In this document: one piece after another, positions 17,819-26,600 of the stretch
How positions within the stretch are numbered: the first letter of the stretch is position 1
Layout: each line of letters begins with the position of its first letter
Source: a virus
Lineage: Duplodnaviria > Caudoviricetes
Virus record (IMG/VR): IMGVR_UViG_3300032156_000054
Coordinates: 1 to 30,731 of that record
Direction: 5' to 3' (one strand)
Length of the DNA stretch: 30,731 nucleotides
The notes under the pieces: generated by a model
Database searches by the model: none
What the model was told of the DNA's origin: nothing
What the model saw: the letters and a program-made list of their open reading frames with translations, nothing else
Program-made: the position numbers and the translations under genes

Positions 17819-19143
17819 GCTTTGAACACCTTCAGACTCTATTCGCGCGCCGGATTCCCTTGGTCTATGTATCTCCTCCGATTTGTGAAGCTGATTTTTC
17901 GAGCACGGCAGAACCGATAGTGATTTTGAATCCGTTCCCTACTCGACGGTATCCGTCAGGGGTTAGGTGGGTTCGCATAGGCGATCATTGGCGGCTTGAA
18001 TGGGACGCCGAGCCTGGGGTGATTTGCTGGAGCATCTATCGTAAGGGTGGAGATCCAAACAATCCGTGGATTTTGGTTGCGGAATGTGTGACGACCAATT
18101 ATTACGATTTTGAAGATGGGGATGAACCAGACGGCGGAGTAACGGCAATCTATCCCGAAGGGGAGACTGTAATCTACGACGCTGGGCAGGCGCAAGAAGG
18201 GGGAGGCGGCGGGTGTGCCACAGAGGAGGGAGATCCCGTCCCAGAGGGGGAGGAACCTTTTGAGATTACTGAAGATGTTGATTGGGGGGTGTTTAGTTTC
18301 TCTAGTGAACAAGCCTGGCCGTCTGATCCTACAACCTATCGGTATGTAGAGCTTGGTGAATTTCCAACAGGATCTTACGTTTTGGAGTATGAAGCAGGAT
18401 ATTCATATACGTCGATCAACTCTGGAAACAATTGCGATGGAGTTCCTGATCCGGCTTACATGGGGACGGCTTGGAAGGTTTCGTTGTGGGATGATCAGAA
18501 TGGGTATGCCCAATTACCGAATGTGTTGGTCTCTGAAGCATCTCCACAGTTAGTTTGTAGTGCTTCTTTGGGGGCTCTCGCACTAGAGATGGAAGCGGCT
18601 TTTAAGGGCCTCAGATATTGGCCGCAATACTATCCGGCGAATCCCGAACACGAAGAAGGGCCACTGTATCTTGTTCGAGATGTCGGGCAGCTTATCGAAC
18701 TTAACTACGGAGAAACCTATGCTGTGGAAACCCTGGCAAAGACAGAACCGTATTCGTTTAGGTTGGTTCAAATTTCTGGACGTGCCGACATGCCAAAAAC
18801 TCTGATCGTTCAGAATTGGGATGCTATTCGAGAACAATTTCCGTCGGCAATTGGGGATACCTGGAACGGCGAGCTATCCCGCACGGAATACACTTCAGCC
18901 TCGTGTGTTTGGACGGCAGCCGCCAGTGGTGGATTTGGAGGGGCGACTTGTGTGTATTCTCAGGCAGTCGCGGAATCTCCTAACTCGTGTGGATGGGTTT
19001 TGTCAGTTTATGCGGCGGGAGCCGTGTTATACTGGCAGGGAATCAAGATCGTGAACGGGACCGGGGTAGGGTTATATCAAACGGTTGTCGAAGTTTCTCT
19101 GTCTCCGGGCTGTATGTATCTGGAAGAAGTTCCAGAGGAGTAA
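17815..19143 (+). CDS. Hypothetical tail / receptor-binding protein
   Basis: 442 aa, acidic and aromatic-rich, beta-type, with lower GC than neighbours over much of its length. Confidence 0.5.
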   Translation: MSFEHLQTLFARRIPLVYVSPPICEADFSSTAEPIVILNPFPTRRYPSGVRWVRIGDHWRLEWDAEPGVICWSIYRKGGDPNNPWILVAECVTTNYYDFEDGDEPDGGVTAIYPEGETVIYDAGQAQEGGGGGCATEEGDPVPEGEEPFEITEDVDWGVFSFSSEQAWPSDPTTYRYVELGEFPTGSYVLEYEAGYSYTSINSGNNCDGVPDPAYMGTAWKVSLWDDQNGYAQLPNVLVSEASPQLVCSASLGALALEMEAAFKGLRYWPQYYPANPEHEEGPLYLVRDVGQLIELNYGETYAVETLAKTEPYSFRLVQISGRADMPKTLIVQNWDAIREQFPSAIGDTWNGELSRTEYTSASCVWTAAASGGFGGATCVYSQAVAESPNSCGWVLSVYAAGAVLYWQGIKIVNGTGVGLYQTVVEVSLSPGCMYLEEVPEE

Positions 19144-19146
19144 AAT

Positions 19147-19968
19147 ATGAGCTTACAAGCAACAAACCTATTGGTGCAAATGGCGCAACTGCCGGCAACT
19201 TTTGTCGGCGCCCCGCAAGATTGGCTGAACGAGGGCGTTCGGCGGATGAAGATTATGTCTCCATCCGGGACCAACTTCATCTATATCGGGGACACCGAGC
19301 CGATTTCTAACGTAGGCCCGTGGTTGAAGGACGGGCTGAAGTGGTATGTGTGGGACGACTCGGCGAAGCGGTATGCTCCGTTGGACATCTCCGACAGCGA
19401 AACGGTGTGGTTCACGGTCGGCCCAACTGAACCGACTTCCTCGAACCCCCTCCTCTGGCTCCAAGTGAAGGATGGGCTTCCTGTTTCGTGGTGGTATTGG
19501 AACGCCGCCTACGACAGCGGAGTTGGGGCCTGGCTTCCGTTTGCAAACGTCATTCCCTCCGGGGCAACATCTTTACGGCCTACGAGCCCGGAGGAATACC
19601 AGAATTTTTTCGACACGTCCATCGACTGTCACATTTTCTATCACCGGGGGAAATGGCGAACGGTTTCCGGGTGTCCGGGAGACATCAAGGCGGTTGCTTT
19701 TCGGACGGCGACGGATGCTTTGCTATACAATCCGGGTTGGTCCCTGCTGGGGGACGCCCAGCAGTCGCTTCGAGGTCGAATCATTACGCAGGCGACGAAG
19801 GATGCCGAGTCTCCGTATGCCACGAATCTGACAGCGGATGAAAACGTCCCGGTGCGTCGGGCCTTTGAAGTTTTCGGGGAAACTGATTTCATCGCGATGG
19901 ACACTTCTTCCTTCGTGACGTATCCCCCGCAGCTAGCCCTTTGGCACTTGGTCAAAGACACTGATTGA
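19147..19968 (+). CDS. Tail-associated protein (tail-collar-like C-terminal part)
   Basis: Trp-rich repeats (GDTEP..GPWLK; GPTEP..LLWLQ) and a GCPGDIK...NPGW...GR pattern. Confidence 0.55.
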   Translation: MSLQATNLLVQMAQLPATFVGAPQDWLNEGVRRMKIMSPSGTNFIYIGDTEPISNVGPWLKDGLKWYVWDDSAKRYAPLDISDSETVWFTVGPTEPTSSNPLLWLQVKDGLPVSWWYWNAAYDSGVGAWLPFANVIPSGATSLRPTSPEEYQNFFDTSIDCHIFYHRGKWRTVSGCPGDIKAVAFRTATDALLYNPGWSLLGDAQQSLRGRIITQATKDAESPYATNLTADENVPVRRAFEVFGETDFIAMDTSSFVTYPPQLALWHLVKDTD

Positions 19969-19981
19969 CAGCACTTCTCTT
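19965..19981 (+). promoter_or_regulatory. Recurrent intergenic motif, copy 4
   Basis: TTGACAGCACTTCTCTT lies 3 nt before the GNAT ATG (19985). Confidence 0.35.
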
Positions 19982-19984
19982 GAG

Positions 19985-20443
19985 ATGCCCGTTATTCTTC
20001 ATCTTTCTCCGAGTCAGGCGGAGCGGTGTATAAACGCTCTGGCGAATTCTGGGGCGGAGGAGCTTGGAAACGTCGCTCCGGTGAGGGGGGATCTGGAATC
20101 TTTTGTCCCGAAGTGGAAGACGCTCATGCTTCAAGACATGGCGTTTTCGTTGGGGGCTGTGGAAGGAACCCGTTGGGTTGGATTGCTGTTTGCGATTTCC
20201 ATGTCGGATCTTTGGACCAGAGTCAAGCAAGCGGCAATGCTCATGTGGTATGTTCCGCCAGAATTTCGGAAATCCGGGTTGGCGCTCAAGCTTCTTGACG
20301 AGTTCGAGCGGGAGGCCCGGCGGCGGGGGTGCGGTCGGGTGCTTGGTGGGTGTTGGTCGGGGTATCATGGGAAGGCTTTCCGGCGTGTGTTTGCACAGCG
20401 GGGATACCTGCCCTATGAAGAATCATTTTGGAAGGCGCTATGA
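19985..20443 (+). CDS. GNAT-family acetyltransferase-like protein
   Basis: Motif A WYVPPEFRKSGLALKLL..FE..AR.RGC and C-terminal F..RGY. It lies just before the ejection genes, the position of T7 gp13-like genes. Confidence 0.8.
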   Translation: MPVILHLSPSQAERCINALANSGAEELGNVAPVRGDLESFVPKWKTLMLQDMAFSLGAVEGTRWVGLLFAISMSDLWTRVKQAAMLMWYVPPEFRKSGLALKLLDEFEREARRRGCGRVLGGCWSGYHGKAFRRVFAQRGYLPYEESFWKAL

Positions 20444-21402
20444 GTGGTATTTTCGGGGCAATCGGGTCCATCGCAGGGGCGGCACTTACGTCCAAGGCGA
20501 TGAAGGACGTTGCGAACATGCAGATCAAAGCTGCTAAAGAGCAGCGTGATTACGTCAACAAAATGCTGGACACCGGAACGATCAGTGCCGAAGCATCCGC
20601 TGCGGATGTTCAACGAGCCAAGTCGCAACTGGCCCTTCAAGCGATTACGGACCCGGAGTTGTTGAAGACCCGATACGCTGCGGAGAAGAAGCTTGGGGAG
20701 CAGTTTGCCGGGATTGATACCGGAGCGGGGGATCAGATTGCCAAACTGGCGGCGGAAAGTGCCATCGGCACCTCTCCAAAGTTCGCCGCAATCAAAGAGA
20801 AGCTTCTTGATGCGGCCATTGATGACCTGGACCGGGGCGCGACGCTTCCCGACGACATTCAAGCTGAGATTGTGAAGGCGGGGTTGGAGCGCGCGGGCAC
20901 AACCGGGGTTGGTCCAAGCGCCAAGGGCCTGGCGGGAGAACTCAGCAAGAAGCTGATTGGCGGCGCTGCGCTTGATTTGCAGACGCGGCGGCGCAGCGAG
21001 GCGCAAGGATTGACCTCAGCGGCCCAAGCGTTGGAGAACAACCGGACTCAGATATTGGCCAGCCTTTTCCCGGCTTTGAAATCCAACCAACTAGCAAATT
21101 TGAGCGCCTCTTCGGGCATCTTGGGGTTGTCAGAGTCAATGAAGTCGGATGTGGGGTTGTCCGGCACGAATATCGCAAACATTTGGCTGGCGAAGGTCGG
21201 GGCAACGAATCAGTTGATGTCGCAAGCCTCGAATGCGTCCGCTCAAGCGGCGACAGAAACCGCCAAGGCATGGAGTTCGGCAATTGGGAATGTGGCTGGG
21301 GCGGCGGGAACGATGGACTGGACGAAACTTTTAGGGTTAGGCGGGTCAAGCGCGGCGGCTTCCAAGCCGGCGTTTGATTGGACTAACCCAACATCCTATT
21401 GA
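20440..21402 (+). CDS. Internal virion / DNA ejection protein 1 (putative)
   Basis: ATG 20440 (ATGA overlap), N-terminus MSGIFGAIGSIAGAAL, and an A/Q/S/G-rich helical body. Confidence 0.65.
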   Translation: MSGIFGAIGSIAGAALTSKAMKDVANMQIKAAKEQRDYVNKMLDTGTISAEASAADVQRAKSQLALQAITDPELLKTRYAAEKKLGEQFAGIDTGAGDQIAKLAAESAIGTSPKFAAIKEKLLDAAIDDLDRGATLPDDIQAEIVKAGLERAGTTGVGPSAKGLAGELSKKLIGGAALDLQTRRRSEAQGLTSAAQALENNRTQILASLFPALKSNQLANLSASSGILGLSESMKSDVGLSGTNIANIWLAKVGATNQLMSQASNASAQAATETAKAWSSAIGNVAGAAGTMDWTKLLGLGGSSAAASKPAFDWTNPTSY

Positions 21403-21406
21403 GTAT

Positions 21407-22114
21407 ATGGCGAGCGGATGGACAGCAGCATCGGTTTCCCCAAAGATCCTGGGAGCGGTCTCCAGGGGGTCGGCCTCATCGACCTCCTCTGTGAAGGGTG
21501 CCACGGCAACGGGTGGAAATGAAGTGTTGGGCAGGGTGTCTGTTTTCCAAGGGGAGGGCGCTCCGGCATGGCTGGCGGCAGAGGTGCAGAACCTCAACAC
21601 CAACACGGCACTCCAACGCTCCATGTATAAGGGGATGTTGGATCGACTTTTTGAGAGCGTTCAAAGCGGTGCCAATCCTGAGTTGGCGGCTTACGCGCTG
21701 GCGGCTGGGATGATTCAGCCGGGAGCCAAGGTTAGCCTGGCGGCTCCGCAGAGCTTCGAGGCACAGAAGACGACTGCGCAGGCTCTCTATCGGCAGTCGG
21801 CTCCGGCAGCCCAACAGGCAAAGCAGCAGGAGGAGCTTCAATATAAGATTGGCCGGCTTGAGACCTTGCAGAAATCGGGAGTGACAGCGAGCGCCGAGAA
21901 TGCCCAGCAGTTGGAAGATGCAAAACAACGGCTTCAGGCGATGACTCCGGGAGGCTCCGCTTTTGGGGCTCCGCAGAGCTTTCAGCCGACGGCGACAAGA
22001 GCACCAAGCGGCTGGGTGCCGGCTCCTACGGCCCTGGCGAAAACGGGATCTTCTCCGGCTTCTTCATTATCGTTCGGGTCATTCGCCCCTGGCGGCGGAT
22101 TTTCAACATTTTGA
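21407..22114 (+). CDS. Internal virion protein 2 (putative)
   Basis: ATG 21407 (MASGW...), A/Q/S-rich, within the ejection cluster. Confidence 0.55.
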   Translation: MASGWTAASVSPKILGAVSRGSASSTSSVKGATATGGNEVLGRVSVFQGEGAPAWLAAEVQNLNTNTALQRSMYKGMLDRLFESVQSGANPELAAYALAAGMIQPGAKVSLAAPQSFEAQKTTAQALYRQSAPAAQQAKQQEELQYKIGRLETLQKSGVTASAENAQQLEDAKQRLQAMTPGGSAFGAPQSFQPTATRAPSGWVPAPTALAKTGSSPASSLSFGSFAPGGGFSTF

Positions 22115-22117
22115 CGT

Positions 22118-23662
22118 ATGGCAAACATTCAACAACCGAGTATCGTGGTCCCGAATCTAGTCGGGCAACAGGCGAACGTGATGGGGGGCGCGGCGGAAAC
22201 CGTAGCCAACCTGGTTCGACAGGGATTGATCACTCCGCAGGAGATTGCAGATCGGATGGTTCAGCGCAAAGGCGCCGAACAGCAAAACCAGCTTCGCGCA
22301 GAGCAGTTGACGCCAGAGGCAGTGCAGGCCCGGCAGGCGCAAACGCAGTTGCAGGGGGAGACGGCAAAAGCCGGGATGGAAATCCTGCCGCTTCAGACGC
22401 AGGCCGCGAAGATGACTGCACAGGACGCAATCAAGGATCAGGAATTTGGCGGAGCGATTTCGGCGTATCGCAAGCTCGCGCCTCTGGTCGGTCAGACTGG
22501 CGGACAGCCGACTCTTCCTGATGGCAGCCCGGATTACGCGACGATGGCAGCAAAGGGCGCCGAATGGCAGCAAGCTTTCGTGCAGCAGCAAATTGCGAAC
22601 GAGAGACTCAAGGTTGCTGAGCGCGTCCAGACAGAGGGTCCAGCGGGGGAGAAGGGCGTGAAGTTTCTGAATGCCCTGGGGGAAGACGTGACCCCAGATC
22701 CCGGAAACCAGACTTTTCAGGGTTACGCCAAGCAAGCGCGTGCCTTTGAGTCTTTTCGAGCTTTGCCGAAGGGTGGGTCGGCGACTTCAGCGGTAACTCC
22801 AGTGGAGGGGGCGGGAGCGTCGGTTCCAGCGACTTCGGTGGTAACTCCGGTGAAGGGGGCGGGAGTGGCGGTTCCAGCGACTTCAGGTTACAACCCGCAA
22901 ATGGGCATGATGACTGGAGCCACACCTGCGAAGGAGTATAAAGCCCCGACAGAAATGCAGATGCGGGACATCTTTATGACTGCACGCTCTAAGGGAGCCG
23001 AGAAGGCTTTTGGGGAATTGGAAAAGAAAGGATTTCGTCCAGAATCGTTGTTGATGTATTTGCAAAACGCCCTCCCTAATTGGTTGCAAAGCGGGGATGC
23101 GCAGTCCTATAATGCGGCGATGCAGATGTGGGCGCAAGGTGTGTTGCGTATGGAATCCGGTGCTGCGATTAGCCGGCATGAAGAAGCTTGGTATAAACGG
23201 ACTTTCTTCACGATGCCGGGAGACAAGCCCCAAACAATCGAGCTAAAAAAACGGCTTCGCAACGAATATTTGGCAACTTCGGCTCGTATCGCTGGGGCCG
23301 GACCCATTGATCCGAGATTCAAAGAAGAGGCCCAAAAAGAACTTTTTGCGGCCCAAGATCGGATTGAGCAGCAGGTTCTAGCAAGTAAACGGATTTCGGG
23401 AGCCGTCACAACTAAATCGGAAAGACAAGTGCTGCCTTCGGGGCAAATTGTGTATCACGATCCGACTACGGGAAAACTTGTTGGGATACAGGATTCAAAG
23501 GGGAACTGGATCGCGGGCTCCGCCCCGGCGGGAGTGGTAAAAAAAGGGCAAGAATCAATTGTCGCCCCGAAGAAAGCAAATCAAGCTCTGAGGACCGGAA
23601 CGCCTCCCACGTTTTCGACTGAACGATTTCCGGTTCGGATTGCCCCCTTGACAGGTCCGTAA
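22118..23662 (+). CDS. DNA ejection protein 3 (putative)
   Basis: Q/A-rich N-terminus and an LRMESGAAI...E....F..PGD....I..K..LR motif of the kind recurring in podophage DNA-transfer proteins. Confidence 0.65.
   Translation: MANIQQPSIVVPNLVGQQANVMGGAAETVANLVRQGLITPQEIADRMVQRKGAEQQNQLRAEQLTPEAVQARQAQTQLQGETAKAGMEILPLQTQAAKMTAQDAIKDQEFGGAISAYRKLAPLVGQTGGQPTLPDGSPDYATMAAKGAEWQQAFVQQQIANERLKVAERVQTEGPAGEKGVKFLNALGEDVTPDPGNQTFQGYAKQARAFESFRALPKGGSATSAVTPVEGAGASVPATSVVTPVKGAGVAVPATSGYNPQMGMMTGATPAKEYKAPTEMQMRDIFMTARSKGAEKAFGELEKKGFRPESLLMYLQNALPNWLQSGDAQSYNAAMQMWAQGVLRMESGAAISRHEEAWYKRTFFTMPGDKPQTIELKKRLRNEYLATSARIAGAGPIDPRFKEEAQKELFAAQDRIEQQVLASKRISGAVTTKSERQVLPSGQIVYHDPTTGKLVGIQDSKGNWIAGSAPAGVVKKGQESIVAPKKANQALRTGTPPTFSTERFPVRIAPLTGP
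22781..22886 (+). repeat. In-frame 48-bp tandem repeat (2.2 copies)
   Basis: Units start at 22781, 22829 and 22877 (gcgacttc...), encoding ATSAVTPVEGAGASVP / ATSVVTPVKGAGVAVP / ATS. Confidence 0.9.
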
Positions 23663-23682
23663 ACCTCTAGTATTCTTTTATA
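23648..23682 (+). promoter_or_regulatory. Sigma70-type leaderless promoter of the giant gene
   Basis: TTGACA (23648-23653), 17 bp, TATTCT (23671-23676), 5 nt, ATG (23682). Confidence 0.65.
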
Positions 23683-26600
23683 TGGCCGAACTGAATGAGA
23701 TTGAGAAGTTGTTGTCGCCAGAAGATTTGGCAGCGGCTCAGGCTTGGAAACCGGCTCAGCCGGAATCTTCAGAGGTGGTTCCTCCGGTTTTAGAGGAGCC
23801 TCTGGATGAGGTGAAATTACTTTCGGTTGGTGATTTGGTTGAGTTGGCGATAGCACAGAAGTTTGATCCAGTTTCTTATCTCCAATCTAAAGGGGGTCCG
23901 GGTTCAGTTGATACCGGCACGCTTCAGAAACTCGGCGACATTCACGGGCGCCTCGTGGAGCGTGGATTTGAGTTGTCCGACGTGTCCTTGAAGGGGGCCG
24001 CGAAGGCGGTTGGCGGGATGCTCAAGGGCGGCTTCATGTATGCCAAGGCGGCGCTCCAAGAGCCTCAGCTTGGGGTAACGATGCTCGGCACTCCCGAAGA
24101 GAAGGCGGCAGCTTTGGCCGAAACCCAGAAGCAGAAGGCTGAAATGGGCGCGGCAACCGAGTTGGCGGCAACCGGACTCGGGGAGATGGCGGGCCGGGTA
24201 ATCAAGAAAGTTGGCCGGATGGTGGGGCTGGCCAAAGAGCCCTCTCAGAAGACGCCGCAAGAGCGCACTCAGGATTTTCTGGACGCCTTCAGTTCAGCGG
24301 AGCAGCAGCAGAAGATTGCGGCGGGGCAGGGACCGATGATGCAAACCATCGGCGGCAATGTGATTGCGGATCTGAAGAATCAGGGAGTGGAGATTGATCC
24401 GGCAACGGTTTCAGAAATGTCTGCGGGAGATCCGTTGACCTTTGTCGCTTTTGGGCGCGGCTTTCAGGTGATCAACAAGGCAACCGGGAAGATGCTTGCA
24501 ACCACCAAGAGCGCCTTGGGCGCGGATCAGGCAATCGCGGCATTCCGTTCAGCACAGCGCGCGAGCCAGTCGGCACAAAAGCTGGCGACGCAGATTCCGT
24601 CCGCCGAGAATCTCGGGCGGTCTGCCATTGCGCAAGCGGGAGAATTCGCCCGCAAGGCGGAGTTACCCGCCGCCGGGAAAGTTATTGTTGCTGCCGAAGA
24701 CATTGCGGCAGCCACAAAGGGATTGCCGGCAAAGGCAGCCGGAGCCGTTGTTGCGGGAGCCGGAAAGCTGGCGGAGATGTCTGCCAAGCCAATTCAGTGG
24801 GCGGTCAGTCTTAAAGTCCCACAGGCGGTGGGAATCGTCAAAGGCGCGGCAGCCGGCGGACCCGTAGGGGCGCTCGCAGGCTTGAAGGGCGGGGAAATCG
24901 CGGCTACCGTGATGGAGCGCGCGGCTGGCCGGGCAATCCGAATTGGACAGGGCGCCGAGCGCCTGGGTGCAGAACTCGGAGGAGCTACCGAGGCTCGTCC
25001 CTGGGTGCAGGCGGCAGCGGATGCCTTGAATGGAACCGCCGACGTGCTGGGAGGCACCGCCAGAGGCGCGGTGATGGATTTAGGTTTCAACGCCGCCACC
25101 TCAGAGACGCCGGCAGAGACCGCCAACGCTCCGGCGTTCGGGATGTTTTTCGGAGCGGTCCACGGGTTGGCCCCAGCGGCCCGGCGGCTGGTGCAAGGCC
25201 AAACTGTTCGACCGCGAACTTGGGCGCCGTCCAATAGCTGGAGCGCCAGCTACGGACATTTTCCAAGCCTGGACGCCGCGAATGCCGAGGCGATGAAGAT
25301 TGCAGATCCGGCAGTTCAGCAACGGATCGGGGCACTTCGAGACCTTGGCCAGTCCATCGGCGCTGAGATTTACTTGATGCCGGACTCGCAGACTTCTGCG
25401 AAGGCACTTCAAGAGATGTTTCCCGGCGAATCGCCGGAACGAATTCAGCGCGCCGCCAACACGAAGGGGATGAGTTTGACAGAAGTCACCGACGCCAATG
25501 GGACCAAGCGGCGGGTTATCCTTGTCCGGCACCCGGATGCCGCCCCTCACGAGGCGTTTCACCCCATGCAAGACGTGCTTGGGGAACGAGCAAACGAGGT
25601 GATCGACAACATCATCGCGCATGAATACGGGCTGGGTTATCTTGAACAACGTGGCCGTTCTGAAGCGGCCCGATTAACGGGAGCAGATCCGGGCGAGAAT
25701 TGGGCGGATGCGCTGCTTCACATCACCGGCTACCGGCTGGAAGAACTTCGGCAGGCGGTTTCGGAGATGCCGACAGAACAGTTTGACACGCTGAAGAAGC
25801 AACTGGCTTTGCAATATGCTGCCCGCGAAGTGGCGGCGGACCTGTTCGACCTGATTCTCAAGCACTCCGGGCCGGAATTGGCACAAGAAACGGGCGCCCC
25901 CGGTGCGATGGCTAGAATTCTGGGCAAAGTGATGGTTGGCCTGGGGATCAACCCCTATGAAGGCGTCCGAACTGAGTCAACTGGGCGAAGCCCGGTCGGA
26001 CCCGCTTCACTGGAAGCCGTCCGAGAAGCAGCCAAGCCCTTTGCGGTCGAGCCAAAGACTGCCGCGCCGCCAATCAGACCAGAAGTTGGTCCGAAAGCTC
26101 CTAGACCGGCTGCCGGCGCTCCCACAACCCCTGTTTTCACGCCCGAACAGCGCGCAACCGAGCAAGAGCGTGTAAACGCACTAGCCGCGACGATCCGAGA
26201 TCCCAAGCAGGCGGACGTGCTCAGCAAGATCGGTGCCGCCATCGGTCAAGGACTTGGGCTCAAAGTGGAATACCGGACGGCGCCTGGTGAACCCGCCGGT
26301 TCGCCGACAATGAGCCGGGAAGAGCGTCGTGCCGTGATTGAGGCGTTCCGGGACATGCCGGAATCCGAGCGGCCACTATGGGAAAAGCTGAACTTCCCGG
26401 ATCGCATGGTTCAGACCTCGAAGGGACCACAGATCCTTGGCTGGTCCCCGGAAAACTACGCTGCCAACGCCCACAAGATGGCGCGCTGGCTGGCCGACGT
26501 GGCGACCCGGCAGCCGGACGCGCTGTCCTTGTCGCCCTATCCGATTGACCCGAAGACGAAGACCTTCACCCCGGAAGGTTGGCGACAGCTTTACATCGAC

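Noticed and set aside
21742-21981. 15-bp repeat GGCTCCGCAGAGCTT (APQSF x2)
   Set aside because: Only two copies within one low-complexity protein, and no evidence of a mobile or regulatory role.
22781-22886. CRISPR-like array
   Set aside because: The units are contiguous, in frame and lack unique spacers, and no cas genes are present.
1-23662. Possible amber (TAG) stop-codon reassignment, since none of the called genes ends in TAG
   Set aside because: No gene is interrupted by an in-frame TAG, coding density is already full under the standard code, and no suppressor anticodon is evident.
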